DNA from: a virus
Length of the DNA stretch: 64,000 bases
Virus record (IMG/VR): IMGVR_UViG_3300035703_000020
Location: 64,001-128,000 of that record
Direction: 5' to 3' (one strand)
The notes below the pieces were generated by a model that saw only the letters and a list, made by a program, of their open reading frames with translations, did no database searches and was not told the origin of the DNA. A program made the position numbers and the translations under genes. This document shows, piece after piece, positions 59,101-64,000 of the stretch. Position 1 is the first letter of the stretch. Every line of letters starts with the position of its first letter.

Positions 59101-59901
59101 AACATCTACACCGCGGCGCAGAACATCGTCCCGGGCATAGGGAAGTTCTTCGTCGACCTCCCGGGCAAGATCGGGTCAGCCATCAAGGGCATGTTCGGCT
59201 TCGGCGGCGGGTTCGCCCGCGGCGGCGTCGGCGGGTTCCCCAAGACCTCCGGGTTCGGCATGCGCTGGGGCCGGATGCACTCCGGCAACGACTACGGGAT
59301 GCCGACGGGCACGAAGCTCGGGCTCGGCGGGCCCGGCAAGGTCAAGTACGCCGGCTGGGGTGGCGGCTACGGCAACATGGTCGACATCCAGGGCGCCGAC
59401 GGCGTCCTCTACCGCTTCGCCCACCTGAGCAAGATCAACGCGCCCGTCGGCGCGGTCCTGCCCCCGGGAGCCGTGTTCGGCCTCTCCGGCAACACGGGCA
59501 ACTCTACCGGCCCGCACCTGCACTTCGAGGCGCGCCCCGGCGGGGGCGCCGCGGTCAACCCCGACCGCTACGCTGGCATGATCCGGGCCAACTTCGGCGG
59601 CACCGACCTCGGCGGCATGCTGGCGGCGGCGCAGCTCGAGGCGGGCAAGATGCCGTACGGCGCCAACCTCGCGATCGGCAACTCGGACGAGATCTTCATG
59701 AAGCCCATCCAGATGTCGTCGCTTGTGGAGAGCGCGACGCGGGCGGGCGTCAACGGGGCGGGCAACTTCGACGTGCAGAAGGTCGAGGTCACCGTCGTCG
59801 ACAACACGGGCAACATAGCGCAGGTGGCCGACCAGGTCGCCGAGCAGTTCCTCACGCACATGTACAAGGCGTCCCTCAGCGTGGACGGCCGGGCGGGATA
59901 A
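56185..59901 (+). CDS. Tape measure protein with C-terminal M23 peptidase
   Basis: 1238 aa Ala/Gly-rich helical protein with hydrophobic segments; HSGNDY, GYGN, FAHL, GNTGNSTGPHLHFE. Confidence 0.85.
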   Translation: MADKEIRLVGSFKDDITPKLAKLSKEIDAVTKSFTKMQGKLRPIARDMGVLAMASERLGDGLRSQRTGFETNIRAMQQYRSEMGKVARAQRAIRPTTLSAPRGGGGGTPRVRGGGGGGTGIGEIAIGSAIGGVVTSAIVAGFQTGVQLMTKPFEMFGRAFAERIGDEMEDIKSAGGMFALDKKSKTPLFTSFEDAMKMQEGLNRSLAKSAAALPGATSDYVKAARGLTDTVMGAFTKNEEAFKKFATELGARQGATSEEAITKVLQRFTEQTVLLGQGQKGGMPLTMLMEQLVTRESVNITGMAARYAQLRSNPLLAGMLKDAEAEINKTTAGTAERFRAVMKALDAALPQEVVNKMRRSVSGLIEATRSAFLDPDTGLFGLSRELQMTVPAVNQFGQYVDENGKAVRDAALAARESTSLFKILKETLANFAVPILELLSTLPQIFDPFKKIAEQFKELRETSNLFYRNFNSYTKWFENQSANFMKQAEKITDPKAAADLKRRANMLKEQAGGRGALATLNNALASIGAIDDKQFKANAAKLADTSKAGIESFGAKGMAEMTKTLLVQFGNSKYIADLAETLGKAMGAFIDTVFTMLDGALSGVESKTGNKIVEAFGRGFASVINKRRADEIAEIIDRLLTKVFDMAANILITKVIPAIGVAIIKSIEAAWKAGPLGKFLVIVGVLTTFQRAVVAATAAMKALALLRALGGGGLRGLGGVAGPARTAAGSRAMAIGAGIRGSFRGSLMGRAGTAMAARGMPAMPGFMGGAMQGVRGAGARMTKFMRSPVGGGIGAGALTAVFSGLETLSQLEGIDAERSQLEKERKEALKQGDYQRVAEIGKEQSALADLKGKTQAEGVGGIAGSLAGGALGGLIGGPIGAMIGAQVGNAIGTKFGPAIGNWWNSTAAPFLSNLGATIGNFFTQTIPAWWSGTAWPGIQNAFNLLKDGIGLVFKVLFWPQTMALNLIRGLAQNIYTAAQNIVPGIGKFFVDLPGKIGSAIKGMFGFGGGFARGGVGGFPKTSGFGMRWGRMHSGNDYGMPTGTKLGLGGPGKVKYAGWGGGYGNMVDIQGADGVLYRFAHLSKINAPVGAVLPPGAVFGLSGNTGNSTGPHLHFEARPGGGAAVNPDRYAGMIRANFGGTDLGGMLAAAQLEAGKMPYGANLAIGNSDEIFMKPIQMSSLVESATRAGVNGAGNFDVQKVEVTVVDNTGNIAQVADQVAEQFLTHMYKASLSVDGRAG

Positions 59902-59904
59902 CCT

Positions 59905-61215
59905 ATGGCGGTTCTACCAGGCCTACTCATCCAGCCCCTCGTCTGGGTCAAGTGGGGCGACACGGACCTCACGCAGTACCCCGTCGGCTCCGGCCTGGAG
60001 CCGGTGGTCTACGGCGTCTCGATCACGATCCCGGAGAAGGACAACGTCCCGACGTGCGAGTTCAACTTCGCGCCGACGCCGGCGGGCTTCACCGCGTTCC
60101 AGAAGTGCGTCACCTCGGACAAGGACAAGCCGGTCACCGTCACCATTGGCTACCAGGGCGGGCCGGAGTTCAAGATGAAGTTCTTCTTCACCGGCCTGAC
60201 GTTCTCCACCGGAGTCGACACCAGCGCGAGGGTGTTCCTGACGGTCGCGACCAAGGGCGCCTGGACCGACAACAGGATCTCCTTCACGATGACCGAGAAG
60301 GAGAAGGTCACGCTCGACGCCTTCCCGGACTTCATCAAGAAGAAGATCGGCGACGCCGGCAAGGACATCAACATCGAGTTCGCGGGCCAGCTGAAGGAGG
60401 ACGCGCCTAAGATCGAGGTGCAGCTCAACGTCATCCAGCAGACGCCGATGCAGATCATCGAGGGGATGGCCAGGTCCATGGGCTTCGTCATCAGCAACGG
60501 CGACACCGTCATCGAGGGCGGCCCGCTGGTGCTCAGCTACTCCCCCAACTACGAGCCCGACAAGAAGAAGGACGCGCCGATCGTGCTCGGGAAGCCCGGG
60601 ACGCCGAAGCCCGCCGAGCGCAAGGTCTACATTGTGGGCCCCGGCCTGATGGAGACGTTCCAGAGGGAGATGAAGTTCACGACGAGCATCTCCGGCTTCG
60701 ACATCGGCAAGTCGTTCAAGGAGCCCGGCTCGTTCGACTCCGACTCGGAGAAAATCCTCGACACGAAGACCGAGGCCGGCAAGAAGAAGGTGGAGGGCAC
60801 CAACACGAAGGGCACTACGGGCAACGCCGGAGGCAAGACCCCGGCCCAGCGCGGCGCCAAGAAGTCCGCGGGCGTGGAGAAGGAGGCCCGCTCGAAGAAG
60901 GAGCAGATCGGCAACATCAAAGCGAGCGGCGAGTTCTTCATGGTCCCCTACATGGTCGGGATCAAGCCCAGGGACTTCATCGCCATCCCCTCGCTCGCGC
61001 TGCCGTGCGCCTACGTCGAGGACTGGGCCGTCGAGCAGGTGACGTACACGCAGACGGACGAGGGCGGCGTGCGCGTGGGCGTCGAGTGCACGCGGGAGTT
61101 CATCGGCACAGAGAACATGATGGACAAGGACCCCGTCGACGCCGTCAAGAAGATCGCCGACGCGAACCACGCCGGCGGTACCTCCTTCTGGCACCGGATG
61201 TACTGGGAGGCCTGA
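59905..61215 (+). CDS. Baseplate hub / late-control-D-like protein (putative)
   Basis: Follows the tape measure gene; VTIGY and W.VEQV.Y motifs; size fits the hub family. Confidence 0.5.
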   Translation: MAVLPGLLIQPLVWVKWGDTDLTQYPVGSGLEPVVYGVSITIPEKDNVPTCEFNFAPTPAGFTAFQKCVTSDKDKPVTVTIGYQGGPEFKMKFFFTGLTFSTGVDTSARVFLTVATKGAWTDNRISFTMTEKEKVTLDAFPDFIKKKIGDAGKDINIEFAGQLKEDAPKIEVQLNVIQQTPMQIIEGMARSMGFVISNGDTVIEGGPLVLSYSPNYEPDKKKDAPIVLGKPGTPKPAERKVYIVGPGLMETFQREMKFTTSISGFDIGKSFKEPGSFDSDSEKILDTKTEAGKKKVEGTNTKGTTGNAGGKTPAQRGAKKSAGVEKEARSKKEQIGNIKASGEFFMVPYMVGIKPRDFIAIPSLALPCAYVEDWAVEQVTYTQTDEGGVRVGVECTREFIGTENMMDKDPVDAVKKIADANHAGGTSFWHRMYWEA

Positions 61216-61307
61216 CGGGACTCACCCCTAGGGCGCCCAGCTATGATGGTCTCGAGCGCCACCGGCAACAGGGCCGGACCGAGAGCGCTCTACACGAGAG
61301 ACCAAAC

Positions 61308-62273
61308 GTGAAGAACGTCAAGATCAACATCGCACTGGACGAGCGCAACCGCGCGCGCCTCGAGACCAAGTCGTACGACCGGGCCTACGTGGACGTGCCG
61401 AACCGCGCGCTGCCCGCAGGCCTCAAAGAGGAGCTGAGCGTCATCCACGCCGCGCTGACCGGCGATGAGCTGTCCGACGAGGGCAGCACCTTCACCGTGC
61501 GCGCCGACGCCGCGGGCACCTTCAAGCGCCTCTACAGCCCGACGGTCTTCTCCACCGAGGAGAAGGGCCTGATCATCCGCTGGGGCACCGACGACATCCC
61601 ACTGGCCGTGACCAACGGCAAGATCGGCGCGCCAACCGCCGACAAGAAGGCCAAGTTCGCCTTCAAGGAGGAGCAGGTCGGCAAGTACAACGAGACCGTG
61701 CTGAGCGTCTCGATCGCCAAGGACGGCACCCTCTACACGATGCCCTTCCCCGTGAAGGCGGCTGACTGGGAGGCGGGCGTGAGCCCCGACGTGCTCGACG
61801 TGCTGCTCGAGGAGAACCCCGACGCCATCGCCGACCAGATCGCGGTCGCCGGCGACCCCACCAAGCGCGGGGAGGGCGGCGGGCCCCGGCTGCAGGGCCA
61901 CATCATCAAGGTGGCCGAGCTGCCGATCGGCACCTACACCGTGACCGGCTACCGCTCCCGCGAGACCTCCTACGGCACCGACTACATGATCCAGGCCGTG
62001 GTCGAGGAGCCCTTCGTGGCCACGACCCGCGTCAAGGACGAGGCGACCGAGGAATGGGGCGACGCGGAGGTCGAGGTGAGCGGCTTCGCCATCGTGAAGC
62101 CCAACACCCAGCTCAAGAAGCTGCTGGCCGCCGAGCCCATCATCGACGAGTCCAACCCAGCGACCCTGCAGGTCGTCGACCACGGCGAGTGGAACGGCTA
62201 CAAGACCGCAAAGGTGAGCCTGAAGTGCTCCGCCTTCAAGCAGGACGACGGCTCGTTCGACATCGACTTCTGA
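61308..62273 (+). CDS. Putative single-stranded DNA-binding protein
   Basis: True start GTG (VKNVKI); beta-rich, highly biased codons, acidic/aromatic tail DDGSFDIDF; followed by a terminator and near the helicase. Confidence 0.45.
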   Translation: MKNVKINIALDERNRARLETKSYDRAYVDVPNRALPAGLKEELSVIHAALTGDELSDEGSTFTVRADAAGTFKRLYSPTVFSTEEKGLIIRWGTDDIPLAVTNGKIGAPTADKKAKFAFKEEQVGKYNETVLSVSIAKDGTLYTMPFPVKAADWEAGVSPDVLDVLLEENPDAIADQIAVAGDPTKRGEGGGPRLQGHIIKVAELPIGTYTVTGYRSRETSYGTDYMIQAVVEEPFVATTRVKDEATEEWGDAEVEVSGFAIVKPNTQLKKLLAAEPIIDESNPATLQVVDHGEWNGYKTAKVSLKCSAFKQDDGSFDIDF

Positions 62274-62294
62274 TCGGCCGGATCGGCTAACTCG

Positions 62295-62317
62295 GAGGGG
62301 CCCAGCGCCCCTCTTTT
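62295..62317 (+). terminator. Rho-independent terminator
   Basis: GAGGGGC-CCAGC-GCCCCTC followed by TTTT. Confidence 0.75.
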
Positions 62318-62320
62318 ATT

Positions 62321-62572
62321 ATGGGAACGTTCTGGATAGTCTTCTTCGCCGCGCTGGCGCTGCTGGCCGCGGTGCTGCCCGACGACGCGGCGATCGCGAT
62401 CGACCTCGTAGACGTGTGGCTGCGCGCCGCCCGCGTGTGGCTGGCGTCGAGGCTGATGATGGCCCGCCTGTGGCTGAGGCTCAAGTGGGACGGGTCCCAG
62501 ATCGCGTGGCGCCTGTGGCTCATCCGCCGCAGGGCCGCGCACAATAGAAACAACGAAGCAAAAGGCAACTGA
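62321..62572 (+). CDS. Small membrane protein
   Basis: N-terminal hydrophobic helix; TGATG coupling to the helicase. Confidence 0.5.
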   Translation: MGTFWIVFFAALALLAAVLPDDAAIAIDLVDVWLRAARVWLASRLMMARLWLRLKWDGSQIAWRLWLIRRRAAHNRNNEAKGN

Positions 62573-64000
62573 TGACTGACAGGTTCAGCGGCAAGGCGTT
62601 CACCGACCCGCAGAGCGACAACATCCGGAAGACGGCGAAGGCCCGCAAGTTCTCGACCAAGAAGGACGAGACGGGCGACGAGAAGAAGGCCCCGTCCAAC
62701 CTCTCCGAGCTGTACAACAAGGGCGTGGAGCACCTGCGCACCTTCAACTTCCACATCGAGCTGGCGGAGACGGGCGACCACATCAAGCACCGGATCCTCA
62801 AGCCCGCCGCCCCGACCCAGATCCTGGGGATCAACTACCCGGCGAGCTTCCAGCCGCTGCAGGACATCTCTACGCTGGAGGACTTCCAGCGCATCGAGCG
62901 CGCGTTCGAGTCCGCCGAGACCGAGGTGCGCGACTTCTGGACGCCGCTGTTCCGGCCCAAGGGCGGCGAGACCGACCTCGGCAACTTCGCCGACCGCCTG
63001 CTGGCGATGAAGCGCATCCAGCAGAACATCAACATCCACGAGACTCTCGATTACGGCCACACCTTCGACCCCGACGGCAGCCTCTGCGGCTACGGCTTCG
63101 TGCGCAACCCGCGCGTGTGGGTGCCAGCGAAGGAGTGGTTCGACGAGAAGCTGCGGGCCGTGACGCTGCAGGACGTCTTCACGATCTTCCCCGAGGCGGA
63201 GGTCGAGATGCTGAAGATGATCCTCGGGCGCGTGGGCGTCGGCCGCGCCAACCACCTGCCGCCGAACTTCCCCAAGCCCATCGACCACACGGCCCGCATG
63301 GCCGCGGTCATCGTCGGCAAGGACGCCGGCCTGGGCAAGTCGACCATCTTCAACGGGCTCACGGCCGCGCTGTCCAAGTGCGGCTTCGCGACTCACACCT
63401 TCAAGTCCACGGAGGACCGCTTCGGCCTCAAGGCAGCCGCGCTGGCCAACGTCGCCTACAAGGACGACACGGCCATGAAGTCGCTCAAGCAGTTCCTCGC
63501 GGCGGAGGAGACGAAGATCCTCATCACCAACGGCCTATTCCAGACCGAGGAGAAGTTCCAGAACGCCGAGCAGATCTGGCCGCAGTGCGTGCTGATCGTC
63601 AACTCGAACGACTGGGACGCGCACTTCGCCTACGACCTCGACCCCGGCATCATCGACCGGATCAAGATCCTCTCCACCTACCGCGAGTATGAGGTCCTCA
63701 AGAATCGCAAGGCTCTGGCGGACACTGCTTCTGACGGTACTCCTGACCTGCGCCCTCGCGCTCACATCCCCTTCCTGGCTGACAAGCTTGGCGTCTCTGC
63801 TGACGCTCTTTACCTTTGGTGCCTTCGCCTTGCGACTGATCGCTTCTGGGAGATAATCAACGACACCGAGGACCCGACGGTCAACCGCCTGCAGGTCGAG
63901 GTGCGCTACTGGACCACGCGCCAGCGCATCCGCTTCAAGGCCGACACGTCGCAGGCCCTGGTCAACGCCATGGCGATCTGCGCGGCCATCCGCAACGGCC
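62572..64000 (+). CDS. SF3 (D5-like) helicase / primase-helicase, truncated by window end
   Basis: Open from ATG 62572 to the end (absent from the ORF track because it has no stop); Walker A GKDAGLGKST, Walker B YKDD, motif C LIVNSN. Confidence 0.75.
   Translation, partial: MTDRFSGKAFTDPQSDNIRKTAKARKFSTKKDETGDEKKAPSNLSELYNKGVEHLRTFNFHIELAETGDHIKHRILKPAAPTQILGINYPASFQPLQDISTLEDFQRIERAFESAETEVRDFWTPLFRPKGGETDLGNFADRLLAMKRIQQNINIHETLDYGHTFDPDGSLCGYGFVRNPRVWVPAKEWFDEKLRAVTLQDVFTIFPEAEVEMLKMILGRVGVGRANHLPPNFPKPIDHTARMAAVIVGKDAGLGKSTIFNGLTAALSKCGFATHTFKSTEDRFGLKAAALANVAYKDDTAMKSLKQFLAAEETKILITNGLFQTEEKFQNAEQIWPQCVLIVNSNDWDAHFAYDLDPGIIDRIKILSTYREYEVLKNRKALADTASDGTPDLRPRAHIPFLADKLGVSADALYLWCLRLATDRFWEIINDTEDPTVNRLQVEVRYWTTRQRIRFKADTSQALVNAMAICAAIRNG

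Noticed and set aside
25042-61307. Upstream extensions of listed ORFs 25042, 27327, 29677, 32406, 50660, 53065 and 61005
   Set aside because: They overlap real upstream genes. Internal starts fit much better (25363, 27438, 30124, 33099, 51017, 53146, 61308), and most of these overlap or abut the upstream stop.
8040-62400. HIP1 (GCGATCGC) enrichment as a cyanobacterial host signature
   Set aside because: Only a few scattered copies were noticed, which is compatible with chance at this GC content.
3385-63396. Many long minus-strand and alternate-frame ORFs (e.g. 17646..19445, 35441..37108, 41259..42941, 46821..48575, 50879..52918, 58890..60410)
   Set aside because: They are shadow ORFs of high-GC coding sequence, fully overlap well-supported + strand genes, and give R/G/A/V-rich translations without motifs.
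1-64000. tRNA, rRNA, CRISPR array, integrase or transposase
   Set aside because: None recognised. Intergenic gaps are short and show no cloverleaf or repeat-spacer pattern; a tRNAscan/Infernal run would be needed to exclude them formally.
1-64000. Stop-codon reassignment
   Set aside because: TAA, TAG and TGA all terminate intact, tightly packed genes under the standard code.

Overview
This window is 64 kb of a high-GC tailed dsDNA phage genome with myovirus-type parts and cyanophage-like gene content (phoH, thyX, a tryptophan-halogenase-like gene and cyanophage-style fibre modules). The cyanobacterial host is inferred, not shown. Almost all genes are on the + strand, in this order: head genes (MuF-like, decoration, major capsid), tail tube, baseplate J and spike, a large set of modular fibre genes, terminase, a low-GC HNH/NUMOD3 insertion, phoH, an ~11 kb block of probable internal-head/injected proteins, a second fibre block, DNA-metabolism and auxiliary genes, a detached tape-measure/hub module, an SSB-like gene and a truncated SF3 helicase. 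The best candidate for an undescribed system is an array of seven genes (28.7-36.3 kb) sharing an N-terminal DF(A)xC-x-(R/K)-x-DG-x-x-YG...CRKG module fused to interchangeable cargoes: two protein kinases, an HNH nuclease and basic coiled coils. Two members share an exact 125-bp repeat. Other notable signals are a lambda-type GGGAAAG -1 slippery site in a non-tail gene, a recurrent GGGTAA(A/G) promoter-like motif, a C-terminal D-[LI]-D-F tag on three DNA-metabolism proteins, and a DxGx[FY] motif repeated about 20 times in one giant protein and ending several smaller structural proteins. All family assignments come from motif recognition by eye; no database searches were run.
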